Shown: positions 13,346-25,495, counted from the first letter of the stretch. The stretch is DNA of 64,000 bases from Lingula anatina (GCA_051362555.1 JBPQGU010000016.1:1984001-2048000); one strand, 5' to 3'. The notes: a model not told the origin generated them from the sequence alone. Program-made: numbers and translations.

Positions 13346-14435
13346 TCCACTTTCCTTTTATGTATTAACCTCCTGTGATTAACCAAGTGAAGCTTAACAA
13401 AATGGCTATCTGGGAAGTGCCTATATCCAACTACAAAACTTCCTGTACTGCCAATGCGCATGTGCAAACCTGCGCTGATATTTTTGTCCTTCTTATAAAG
13501 GTTAACCCTTTGAATCCCCCCCCCCCCCCATATAGCGTTTTTATCTTATGTTTGAAAAACATAACATATGGTCTTAATAAAGATTAGTTACAGATCGGAA
13601 TGATTTTCTCCTGTTGCACCGCACGTTAATTGATCAATAAACTACATTGATTGCCATGTTTTGCATTTTTGATTTAATAATTAATGTAAAATTTTATTAA
13701 ATTATTAATTTATTTCTATTTATGAATGAATATTTAATTTTCCTTATTTCTTTATTATTTCTTTATATATTTTTTATTTTGCGTTCTTCCGAATAAAATT
13801 ACGAATTTATCCAAATAGTTATGTGTGAGTCTTTGAAAAAGCATGCAGATCCCACTACTTTCTATCTTCTAATTCCGAACTATCTTTTTATAAATCCAGC
13901 AAGTTATCAATTGAACCAGTTTGCAACCGTTTAGAAGTGCATTTATTGTCAACAAATTTATCAGTATATACATATATTCCATGCATTAAAATCAATAACA
14001 CAATGCTGTTTTTTTTTTTTTTTTTTTTTTCTAGATTATCATGCATTCAACTTATGAAGCCCTGGCTTACATATATTTCAATGTAGAGACGACAACGAAG
14101 CTTGAAAAACTGAACTAGTTATGAAGATGTCGTAGGTTCTCCAAATATTTAAAAGCCAAGCAAATCAGACCTTTAAACCGTCTCCACTTAAACCCACAGT
14201 GTCTTGCATATTGAGTAAGATCCGGGAGCAGTCAAAGTCGTTGAAAAATGCCCATTAAAAAGGATCATGAACGCCATTTAGGAACGGCGTATTAAACTAC
14301 CTGACACATGACAACTACGGAACCACAGCGGTTATTTTAATGTCGCTGTTTAGAATGTTCCCTGATTGCTGGCGTGAAAGTAAATACTGCTATTCTGCAT
14401 GGATCAGTTCAGTTGCTTTTGACCAGTATAAGTAT

Positions 14436-16031
14436 TTAACTATTGGTGACAGCAACGCCAACCGCGACGGCAACAGCGATGACAACAGCACCAACGATAG
14501 CAACAGTGACAGCAATGCACACAGCACTTTTTCCACAGCAAATCACCTGGAATAGAAATAATTACAATAACTAAAAAAAAAAAAAACGCATGTGTGGAAT
14601 GTAATGAAATCAAGTTATGTTAACAGGAACAAAAAATCCCTTCCTCATTTATAACAAAACATACACGACATGAGTACACACACTGGACAATTGAAGTGTC
14701 ACCCCCTGAATCAGAGTAATCAAAGTTATTTACCCGAAGAGGTGGAATATAAGTAATGTCAGAATATCGATACAGTTGAATTGTTCAGTCAGAACCGTTT
14801 GTTTTGTGAAATTTGATGTTAATAAAATAATACTAGGAGCATATCATTCCACAGTCATTTATCTCCCACAAAGTATTGGTTCAGTAGGGGTGACACTTCT
14901 ATTGTCCAGTGTGTGTAGAATAGATGTGCATTTAGTCCTGTTATATTAATCTTTTTTTCGGGAATTATCGGATACGGTTGTTTGACGTTATCACCGCCTT
15001 ATCCAATAATAAGTTTTGCTTAAAATCATGAACTGAATATATATGACAAGACATGTTCAATATTTTTTGGCTCATATCACCATGGCCCCCTTTAAATTAG
15101 GCTAATAACGTATGCAATTTTCAAATGTATTTGTCTCTCTTTACGTACGCTAAAACAACTAGTCGAAAGTGATGAGGTAATGTTCAATATACATAACAAA
15201 TAAAGGAGGCGAGCATTACCCTTCCAGCGCCAGGAACTTTATACGGCACCGTTTCAACAGATTTTATCAGCTCTATTAACTCTTCTTGTTTCTCTTCTCG
15301 GTCTTCCCAGTCACTGTTCTCTACACACCATATTCGTTCACCGCAATTTTTATAAAGACTCTGAAATGTCTCTGGTGAATTGGCTACAAATTCTCCGATG
15401 GAATTGTTTTTCTGTTTTATGGCATCAGCAAATGTGAGGACAATGATGCTTTTTTGAAGAAAATTGTCTCCAAAAATTTTGCAGAACTGATCTACTGCTT
15501 TTATTTGAGTGTTTTTAATTCGGTCCGTTTTAAACACAATCAATATTGCATCCACGTGCTGCAGACACCTGGCTTCATTGTATATTCTGTCCAATATCTT
15601 GTGGTCAGTTGTTGTCAGGGATCCTAAACCAGGTGTGTCCACAACATGGACAGTCGACGAGCTCGGCTCCTTGAGCCTGAAAGTCTTGCGTGTAATTTTG
15701 CCATCTTTTCCTTTATAATTAGGGTCCCCGGATAGTTTCATTACAGTTGCAGATTTCCCTTGCCCCAGATAGCCAACAACAATGACGTTGTAGGTTTTGG
15801 TGGTCGCCCTGGGAAAAACATTTCGCAATGAATTATGAAAAACTGCAGTTAAAAAACATTCAGAATAAAAACAAACAAAATCTAAATCTAATTTGAAAGA
15901 AGAGAACTGATTTTATTAATGGAAAGGGTTCGTCCGGTTTAGAATAGGATTTTTCGTTTTTTCTTTCTATCTCTTACACTATTTAGTGCTGTGTCTTCGT
16001 TCCAATGTATTGTTATTATTATTGTTATAAA

Positions 16032-16106
<75 letters not shown>

Positions 16107-16442
16107 GGCAAAGTATAAAATATCAAAATGTATAACATACAATCTAAATTGATTATATGCACAAAGAAAGATTCTAAAACATACCAACTTAAACTTCCAT
16201 AATGTTTATTAGACAATTGCCAAGGTACAGATTATAGACTCAATAATGACTAAAGCCTGTTCTTGATAATCTCCATGTGTGTGAAAGCGAGCACAGTTAA
16301 CATTAACCCTTTATAACTCTGACAGTTGAACTGAAACTACTGATCCGTTTCTTTGGCCTGAAACTGACTCCACGCACAACTCACTGTTATCTACCTTCAT
16401 TACATTAGTGACATATCATTACACGTGAATGTATACTTACAT
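14436..16442 (-). CDS. AIG1/GIMAP-family GTPase C with C-terminal transmembrane anchor; exons 16441-16442 (AT of split ATG), 15220-15808, 14436-14546 (233 aa)
   Basis: AT|gtaagt...ccag|G forms the ATG; G1 GYLGQGKS, DTPG, DRIK, TFAD, CGERIWCVEN. AGG|gtaatg donor; attccag|GTG exon encodes VICCGKSAVCIAVTVAIVGAVVIAVAVAVGVAVTNS*. All splice sites are conserved in copy 2. Confidence 0.87.
14677..14915. mobile_element. Tc1/mariner-type MITE with TA TSD in GIMAP-C intron 2 (unit 1 only)
   Basis: TA|CACACACTGGACAATTGAAGTGTCACCCC ... GGGGTGACACTTCTATTGTCCAGTGTGTG|TA; absent at ~36648 in unit 2. Confidence 0.88.
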
Positions 16443-17365
16443 TGCTGTTCCTATTTGGAGAGAATGGAGGATCTAGCGAAGTGTTACTACTGGTGCTTTC
16501 TGCTTTGACAGGGAAAAGTTGGAGATTGGCTATAAATGCCAAACTGCGCATGCCCTGGTAATTCCCGGGGCCTTCACAAAGTTCCAAGATCGACAAATTC
16601 AAGGGGAAATTGTTAACATATATCAGTTCTTTTTTATTATTTTCCCGCTATTAGCCCTTCCCTTTCATCTTCCTGTCATTATAGTGTATAGTTGCCGTGT
16701 TCAAATTGTAACTCGTATATGTATAAAACACGATAAATCATTTACTTTCAAACTCACCCAAAACAGCAACACATAATTTATAACCTGGACACTTTATTGA
16801 TGGTATTTGCGATTCTACAACTTAAAGAAAGTGGGAAACGGGCACTTTGCCACATTGCTCACATCAGTGGGAAAACATAATTTTCTTTATCCTCTTTTGT
16901 TTTAGCCAGAAATAAGTTATTTAGATGTTATGAGACGCTCCCTGAGCTCTTGACCTCCTAGGCGTTATTGATTTGCATATCAGCGGCACGAGGTAACATC
17001 CGCCCAGCCAGCCTCAACTCACGTCTTTCAGATACTCGCACAGCGTACAGCAACTGATGTTGATAGGCAGGAAGTCGTCGTTACCAAACACATACTCTGC
17101 TCATGAAGTATAGTCAACTAACAATATCAACAAGGTAAAGGGTTGATATTCTGCACTGAAATATTTACTTTAAAATCAACAGGGTAGTGCGTTATCAAAT
17201 TACTTTAAAAGAGAGGACAGGGTAGCGTTTTAATCTGGTTAACTTTGGCGAAAGTAAAACTTTCAAAACTGGCACGCTGCTAGCAGAAAAGACTTCACAC
17301 ACACTTGAACATAATCTAGACAGTATAGTTTACTGGGGCACAAACAAGCAAAGATAGACTGCACC
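16443..17365. promoter_or_regulatory. Divergent (head-to-head) 5' region shared by GIMAP-C and the MACPF-GIMAP-Hint gene
   Basis: Start codons point away from each other 0.92 kb apart; contains TATAAA (16531), TGCGCATG (16545), kB-like GGTAATTCCC (16557) and IRF-like GAAAGTAAAAC (17250). Highly conserved in unit 2. Confidence 0.55.
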
Positions 17366-19044
17366 ATGAATTCAAGCGACCCACACTGGATTAAATGCCA
17401 CGCTGACTTGCAAATAGGAGATGGATACAACTTTGATACCATGGAAAAAACACAAGCCATAATTGAGGGCATAGAAGAGGATAGTTTGGATTTCACTAAA
17501 GATCGGGATATAAAAATTCGCCAATTTACCGGGCACTTAACAGAGCGCGATACTCAGACCAGCAGCAGTGAGGGTTTTGTGAGGCTCAAGGCAAAAGCTT
17601 TCGATTTGACTATTCCTGGGGTAAACATGGGGTTGAAGGCTGAGGCAGGAGCAAGTGCTAGCTGGAAAGGAAGTGGGGAAAATACAACGGAGGGTGATGT
17701 CACCACACTGCGCCTGTCTATTCGTATGCAAACTGTGAGTTTTTATTTCTTTTTAAGAAACCAGATCAGGTCAAACATTTCTCTGAAAAGATTTTAGAAG
17801 ATTTAATCAAATTACTTCAGATTTAATCAATTAATTTGCAATGAGATAAAAAAAGAAACAAATGAATAAATTCATGCATGGATCAATGATTAAGGAAATA
17901 ATTGACTAGATATAAATGAAAAAATAAAAGCAAACGTTCAAGAATATAATTATAATATAGTTATTCAGTTTTTGTTTGTTGACATAACTATCTGAATAAA
18001 AAATGCAAAAAAAAAAAAAAATAGAAATAGTAATGTTCAATTGTAAATTGTAAAATGTTTACGAACATCAGTGTTGTGTATCACAGGTGTGTTTTACAGT
18101 TACCCTTTCAATCCATGCCTTTACGCTTATTCCGTGTGTAATTTGTACTGGCGAGAATGATTTTTTTTGCGACATATCGGGGGAAATAATAATAATAATA
18201 ATAATATTTTTGTCTCTCAGGGAATTAAGCGCCTGAACGACCGAAGACGCGGAAGTGTGAGACGAAAACCTGGGGTTCATCCTACACATTATGTGTCATC
18301 TTTAGCCTACGGTGGCTATCTGACCATCGACATAACAGCGCGCGTGAACAGTCGCAATGCGAAGGAGAACTTTGAACGGGACATGGGAGCAAACGCAGAG
18401 TTCAAATTTAAAGAATATGGCGCCGATGTAAGTGCTAACAGTAAACTGAATAACATCGAAGATTACTTGAGGAATACTCAGGAATGCACAGTGAACGTTG
18501 ACTCGAGTGTTTCAGAAATGCAGTACGACGTCCGCGAAACAAAATCAAGTGATCTCAGCAATTTGCAGAAGCTGATAAATCGCTTCGTAGAAAAAGTCGA
18601 GGAACAAAATGGCGGCAAAGGCAAGCCGATGCTGGCCAAAATTGCTCCTTTATCCGAACTTGATAATTCTGCAGAGCCATATGAATTCGAAAACAGACTG
18701 GGGAACCAGATTAAAGATCTGGAAGACAGGTATGACGACATTTGTTCAGCTTTGGGGTTTCTACGCACCTTCTTCCAAGATCACCAAACTCAGGTCCAAG
18801 ACCTTCCCCATGATATAATTAAGCTTGAGAAGGATCTTGAAAGTTTACGAGACACATTCACAGATAATATACAGGGACTCACTCACAGAAAGGCTGACCA
18901 TGCGAAAAATAAAGAAATCGTTCGACATTTAGAGGCAGCGTACACGGAATTCAGCCCTACTGCTGTTGGTCTAAGGAGATGCATCGGTAGAGTGAGGCAA
19001 ATGACCCAGAAATATATCAAGGTGAATAACTTCGTGCTCTCTGA

Positions 19045-19079
<35 letters not shown>

Positions 19080-20664
19080 CACGTCGGTTAAATGAGGCGA
19101 ATAGCTTAACACTATAGCAAGGTCAACACTCTAGTCCTTTATTTTTCAGATATTGTGCAAATGTCCTAGAATTATTGAGGACATCCCTTCATAACAATGT
19201 GTTATAAGCTTTTGAATTTAAACAGATTGGTTATATTATGGGCATCTATTACAGGTAACTGATACATATGAACAACTACCAGAAGCTTATGCTAAGGGGA
19301 AGCACACCAACATAGTCGCCGTCGGGAAGATGGGGACCGGAAAGAGCTCCACCTGTAATATGATGGTCGAAAAAGAAGGGGTTTTCCGAGCAGCTTTTTC
19401 CTCGGACGCTGTAACGAAAGACCTGTCATCGCACTGTGCTAATGTGGGTGGCCGTGATTTGCGACTCATTGATACTCCCGGCCTCTTAGAGGCTGTGTCG
19501 ACTAAGGCACAGTTAGATATTCTGCAGAAGCTGGCGAATTGTATTAGTTTGCTCGAAGGCGAGGACGGTATCGACGTGTTCTTGTTTGTCATTCGCTGCG
19601 ACGAAATGCCATCTCAAGAGGAATTGGGCGCCGTGATTCAGCTAGGTACGTTGTTTTCGGAAGTCATTTTTGAATATATGGTTGTTGTAGCTACTCACAA
19701 GGACGAACTTGAGAACAACGGAAAATCAACAGAAAGTTTCAGAAGCAATCTTCCCGACAAAATGAAGACGATCCTTCAGAAGGCCGGTGACAGGATGGTG
19801 TTCATCAACAGCGTCACTAAAGACGGGAGAGAGCGTAGAGGCTACATAAAATCCATCATACGTCACGTTGATGACATAGCAAAAGCTCATCAGGGTGAGA
19901 AATTCTCCCATAATGCAATCAACGTAGCACGCGACAAGAGACAAGTGCTGAAAGCAAAAAACCCTAAATTGAGTGATGTTGCTATACAAAACAAGTTGGA
20001 AAAAGAAGTCGAGCAATACATAACATCACAGTACTACTGTTTCGACGGCTCTTCCACTGTGCGACTTAGCAATGGGTCAGTCACACCAATGGCCAAACTA
20101 TCTCCCGGTGACAAGGTGCTTTGTGTTAGGGACGATGGCTCGGTCGGATTCGAGGAAATATTCTGCTTCGGCCATGCGGATTCCAACTGCCAGACTATAT
20201 ATGTCCACTTGGAGACCTCAACTGGGCAACGCCTTATCCTTTCTGAAGGTCATTATATCCAGGCTGTCTCCAAAACTTCAGCGTTCCCATTTTTCCTGAA
20301 AGCCGCCCGTGATATCCGAGTTGGAGATGCGGTGTTCGTTTATCACCCTGCGACTAATGCCATGTTTATGGATGAAATTGTGGCAACAGGCAGTAAGAAA
20401 GTCACCGGAGCCTTTTGTCCCCACACCATGAACGGCACCATCATCATCAATGATATTTTGGCGTCGTGTTACACCGACGCCGTAGAGCCCCTAGTGGCGA
20501 GAAAATTGCTAATGCCAGCCTGGTTCCTGTACGAAATGCTTCCACTGCGTGTGTCTGAGCCAGTGCTAAAATATGGCGTCTCAAATGCCTGTAAACTTTT
20601 AAGCGTGACGAAGAAATATTTTTCACGTGTTTACTACACCTACGCCTGCGAAAACCACTATTAA
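17366..20664 (+). CDS. MACPF/CDC(stonustoxin-like)-helical-AIG1/GIMAP GTPase-Hint(Hog) fusion protein; exons 17366-17734, 18221-19021, 19255-20664 (859 aa)
   Basis: Phase-0 introns ACT|gtgagt..ctctcag|GGA and AAG|gtgaat..ttacag|GTA join three ORFs in frame. THY-x6-GG MACPF signature (18284-18316), N-terminal IGDGYNF, NGGKGKPM..IAPLS. GKMGTGKSS/DTPG/THKD. Hint from CFDGSSTV (Cys codon 20038) to GTIIINDILASCY (20472). Confidence 0.88.
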
Positions 20665-23009
20665 TAACTCAACTTCTCTTGAAAGAGGTGGAACTCAACT
20701 GATAATTAAGATTGATAAAATGTCATCTCTATGTACATTTTCGTAACCTGCGACTAGGGTTCAACTGTTGTACGATTAAGACTATGCTGATAAAGTTTAT
20801 TTTAGCGTATATCTATTTTATATCTGTTCATTGCGTTCTATTTGGACATTGCTATTGGCACCATTTTTTTATTTGATTATGTGGTAGTGTTGTTATTACA
20901 CAGTATATGCCTATTAGTAGAGATTTTGGAAAAGAAAATAGCACAAAATAGCCCCATTCTGTTTCCTCCTCCCCCATGCACACATCAGTGTTTGCTTAAT
21001 TTTCTTGATTCCTTCTTGTTATGGTGTGCTTCTGAAATTATCTTTTAGAATTTGTATTTTTGTACATAGGTATTTTATCTTTGAAAGTGGCGGACATGTT
21101 TTATCCTTTCTATTTGAGGCAACATTAACATTAGAAATCCCACTGTATGCCAAACCGTGTTGATTAGCGTCAGACAAATACAGTTCCTAAATCAAGATAT
21201 AAGTCTTTAAGAAATTTCATAATATTTCATAATACAATCATAGTTATTATGACATTATACTTTTTCAATAGACGGGTGAAAATCTTTTTGGTAGAACGTT
21301 TTTCTTATCCAGCTGAATGGGTTGCACGACTGATGTTATGGGATGGAGATGTGATTGATATATTACAGGAGTTAATGTTTAGTTTATTTAGATTTCTATC
21401 TTTCTGTCATATGTATTAAGAGATGAAGGACATTTACAGGTTGATAAGATTTCTTTTTTTTTCTACTCCCATCTATGTCATTGACGGTATAATAGTTAAT
21501 TATTAATATTATCATTATAATTATTATGTCTGAACACGTAAACGTCAAACAATATAAATAATTTAATGTTTTAACAAATGATGCGACTCATTTTTGTAAT
21601 TAAGTCCAAGAAAATTTTGACACCACAATATATGGCACAACTCAAAGGTATTGGGTTAAGAGATTTTTGGACGATTTCTAATTTTTCTGGAGAATATAGC
21701 AATTTTTCCTACCCAAGAATCATTTATAATAATAATAATAATGATGATAATAATTTCTTAAATCCTCACTACACTACCGCCTCAGTGCTGTTTACAGATA
21801 AAATTATCAGGATTACAACTAATTATATAGATAATAAAAGCTAAGGTAAAAAAAATTAAAATAATTAAAGCTGGTTAAAATAGTAATGGTCTGAACAATA
21901 AAACTTTTTTCTGATAAAATGAGAAAATATTAATTAAAATACTGTACAAATAAGAATGTTTTTAATTTTTTGTTAAAAAACCTCAACACTATCTATAGTC
22001 CGAATGTGTGAGGGCAGTTGATTCCATAAAATTGGTGCTGAAATTGAAAATGCCCTGTGGCCATAGGTTTTGGTTGTTTTTTTATTATCATTTTTGATAA
22101 AAAACAAGGAATGGAGGTGGGTCTGGTAGACCTGGTGAGGCTGGGTGTATTTGGATGTAGCATCGAATTAAAATATGAGTGGCATTCACCTCTGGTGAAT
22201 TTAAAAACAAACAACAGTAATTTAAAAATAATAGTTAATAATTTAATAATTGCCTTGTCCAACTATTCAGCCCCCTTTTTGTAAAAAAAAAAATAAATAA
22301 ACGGTATTTTCGTTCTTGATGTCCAAGATTGGAGAAATCTTAACTTTTCAGGATATTTAGCTGTATATTTAACTTTTTTTTAATTTCGAAAGCGCACAGA
22401 ACTCATAAACTTAATAATTGAAAAAAGCAAAATTGTAAAGTTTGAATAATAAATAAATTTTAATTGGAGATGAAAAGCGCAAAGAGATTTCATTAAAGCT
22501 CACATCATCTCTAAACTTGCAGCACCACAACTTCCCTCAAGCAGTATATTTGCCTAAAAGGCGAAGTATCGGACTGTTATAAACCTTTAATACACGTTTT
22601 ATAACACATTCTTGTTATTCTATAAAGCTAGGTAAACAAACGGAACAATATGACATATGACTGAACATTTTCCATTTTTTTTTATTCCTCAGTTCTGATA
22701 AATTATGAAGATTAATTTCTTTTGGAAGATTAAGGGAATATCACAAGAAAGGATAGTTAAATTTTGAAAGCTGCCAAAGCTTGCTCAACTGAGTGATATT
22801 GGTCTCATGATAATTTATCAGTCCCAGAGATTTCCCTGAAGTTTCGTCTGACGCCAACCTTCAAAATTCAGTCTAGTTTATGATCACTTGAGACTTCCAT
22901 GACCTCATTTCAATGGAGTCAAACTACCGAAATGATCAATTTACAGTTTACAATGGCTTTTGGTGCACATGGGCTTTTGTTTGTCTATGGCATTATCCAT
23001 TACACATGA

Positions 23010-24622
23010 TCACTTTTGATTGCTGACGTCAACTTTGACCCACGTGCCAACTTTCGAGTCCACATCTTCGAAGTCCACAACGAAGAAATCATCAAAGTCG
23101 TTTTCTTCGTTTCCAGACTGTCCATTAGTGAAATATTCAAGCACGGAGATGTACTGGTAGATGTCCCACAACGATGCTTCCTCCTTTAACAAAAATAAAT
23201 ATAGTAGATGTAAAGCCTGTAGTCATATGAATAATAATAATAGTAACGTTTTCTATTTATTTTAGATTATATCTAAAATCTTTATAAAAACCTTTATAAC
23301 ATGTACAGAAAAATTAAATAATAACCAGAATATACTGATAAAATGAATATCAAATTTGCCTTAAAAATAATTTTACCAGTGCCCTAGAAACACTTGGGGA
23401 GAGGAAAAAATAATGCCCAGCCCATCTTTCTCGTATAAAAAGCATTTGAAAGAATTGTAGCAACCATTACCTTCAGAATGCACGGTTTTTCTTGTTCACG
23501 CATAATCTCTCAGACCTTTCCTCGTAGCTCCTCCTAAAAACACAGTATGCTATTTGGTTCAGCAGTGCCGACTATACAAACACGATTTCCGGCCAGTTCT
23601 GCTTTCTCCTTAAAAGTCTTTGGTAGCGAATCCATGAATTTTTGCTTTTGTTCACTGTTGAGAGCTGTTCTACCATCATGGATAAACACAAAGATGTCCC
23701 TCTTCAAAAATGTCCCGAAGAATTTATCTTCCAAGAGGTCTATAGCTTCTATTTCTGTCGATCTGACTCTTAAGTTATATCTTAACACGTATAAAAATGC
23801 GTCAACTTGCTGTACGCCTTCTCGTTGACGACGGATGGTCTCCACTATGTGCTCTTTGGTAAAATCTAAATCCCCAATTCCAGGGGTATCTATAAGTGTT
23901 AATTTCCATGTGTCATGCGCAGAGCTTTTTATGTCCCCGTGAAGTACGCAGCATTCCGTTTGGTCGGGGGAATCTGATTGGGCAAGAAGAGCATGAGCCA
24001 GAGACGTTCTCCCGTGCCCCTTTCGACCGACAAGCATCACGTTTAAGTGTTCAATATGATCTGAAATATAATTCAAACACGAGTTCATTTATTATAAATG
24101 GAAATTATCAAATACAAGCCGAAATATTTTCGTACCGTTAGCTTACGGCCAACCTGGGCGAAAGCCTTTATCAGACTGATGTATGTTTATGTTCACACTC
24201 ACTGACCGCTAGGTGGTATAGTGAACATTTTGGCTCATCTACGAATTAATTTAAGTTACAGCTTTGGGATGATCTACAAAATGTACCTTGGGCATTGGTT
24301 TGGAAACTGGGAAAATGGCAGCTGGTTCCAAGAAAAAAATATTTGTTATATGGCCATTAAACATTATGTTTGTGAAACATCGATCTTATGAGTATACGAT
24401 AAATATATTTCGTCTACTGGGTCAAATTAAAGAGAAATTCACCTCGTTAGTCAACTTAATGCCTTTTTACCTGGTCTTACCCTTGGCAAGACAAGGGAAA
24501 CACATTAACGAGAAGGGGGAGAGGGAAAGGGGGTGTCAAAATAAGGAGTCGGCGATTTACAGATAGCGAGAAGATGGTGGGGAGAAATTTTGAAAAATGA
24601 AAAACATTAACCCCCTCTATAA

Positions 24623-24659
<37 letters not shown>

Positions 24660-25064
24660 ATTTGTGTACACAATCACATGATTCGGTTAAATAGCATTAA
24701 GCGTCGTTGAATATATACATGCCATTAGCTGAATGCAATATAAGCACTGCCTAGAACAAATATTCAGGTAACTCGAACAAATTGCCTTGCCCAAACCTGT
24801 CCTAGTAGATCATAGTTCACAATATATACATGTATACATAATGTAAACATTACACTATCACAAATCGTCCTACTGCACATACGCTTGGTCTGTCTTCTAT
24901 TGTGATCATTATGTTATATATTATAATGCGTCGCACTGTACGAAATGATGTATGTGATGCACAAATTAAAAACATAATGCAATTATTTAAAACAAATTTA
25001 AGTGATGCTAGTATGTTAACAAAGGAATGCACTGCGTCTTACCATCAGCTGTAGGTTCCGCCAT
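23010..25064 (-). pseudogene. AIG1/GIMAP-family GTPase D, unit-1 copy with premature stop; exons 25043-25064, 23471-24060, 23010-23183
   Basis: Same exon structure as the intact copy at 44227-45936, but TTG>TAG at 23534-23536 removes the last helix and the acidic tail. Confidence 0.8.
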
Positions 25065-25495
25065 CTTTGTTGTTTACGTCTGTGACCTTTCAAAATATCG
25101 CTCCCTACAGTACATGCGCCAATCCATACACCATCGACCCAGTTAACGGTACAAGCGCATTATCAGGTCCAAGGCAGGAATGGGGCCTATATTAGCCACG
25201 TGGGTTTACGTTTCATGGAAGAGAGACGTGATCTTTTATGACTAACAACTACTGAGCTATGAAAGCGAAAGTAAGTCAAATGAAAGGTGTTATTTTTCGT
25301 ATTATGCACATAGCTAACTTTGAAGACAGATAATGTGTTCTGTATCCAAAAATATATACAAAGTATTACAAATAGAATGTTTTGCTTTAACGATTAACCC
25401 AAACGCACTCTTTAATTGACATGGCCAATGTCAGGATGTTCTTTTTGATAAGTGCTTCCACCTATCGCCATATCTACATATTAACGTATTATGCC

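Noticed and set aside
17366-19021. N-terminal domain as a gasdermin
   Set aside because: THY-x6-GG and flanking motifs fit MACPF/stonustoxin better; not fully excluded without a structure search.
17735-19254. ORFs 17366-17797, 18167-19117 and 19330-20664 as three separate genes
   Set aside because: ORF ends run into intronic low-complexity sequence (NNNNN, SLSLSL); canonical in-phase splice sites join them, and the 19330 Met lies inside the P-loop.
18478-20299. Antisense or alternate-frame ORFs over real exons (also 15509, 23547, 40239, 44701, 62651)
   Set aside because: Shadows of coding sequence with no motifs; conserved only because the units are duplicates.
20038-20472. Hint domain as a protein-splicing intein or a hedgehog gene
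   Set aside because: Ends in Hog-type ASCY with no His-Asn/Cys splice junction or homing endonuclease; there is no Hedge domain or signal peptide upstream.
24132-24468. Unit-1-specific extra segment in D intron 1 (and ~21730-22250) as transposons
   Set aside because: Real indels between the units, but I could not see TIRs, TSDs or tails to classify them.
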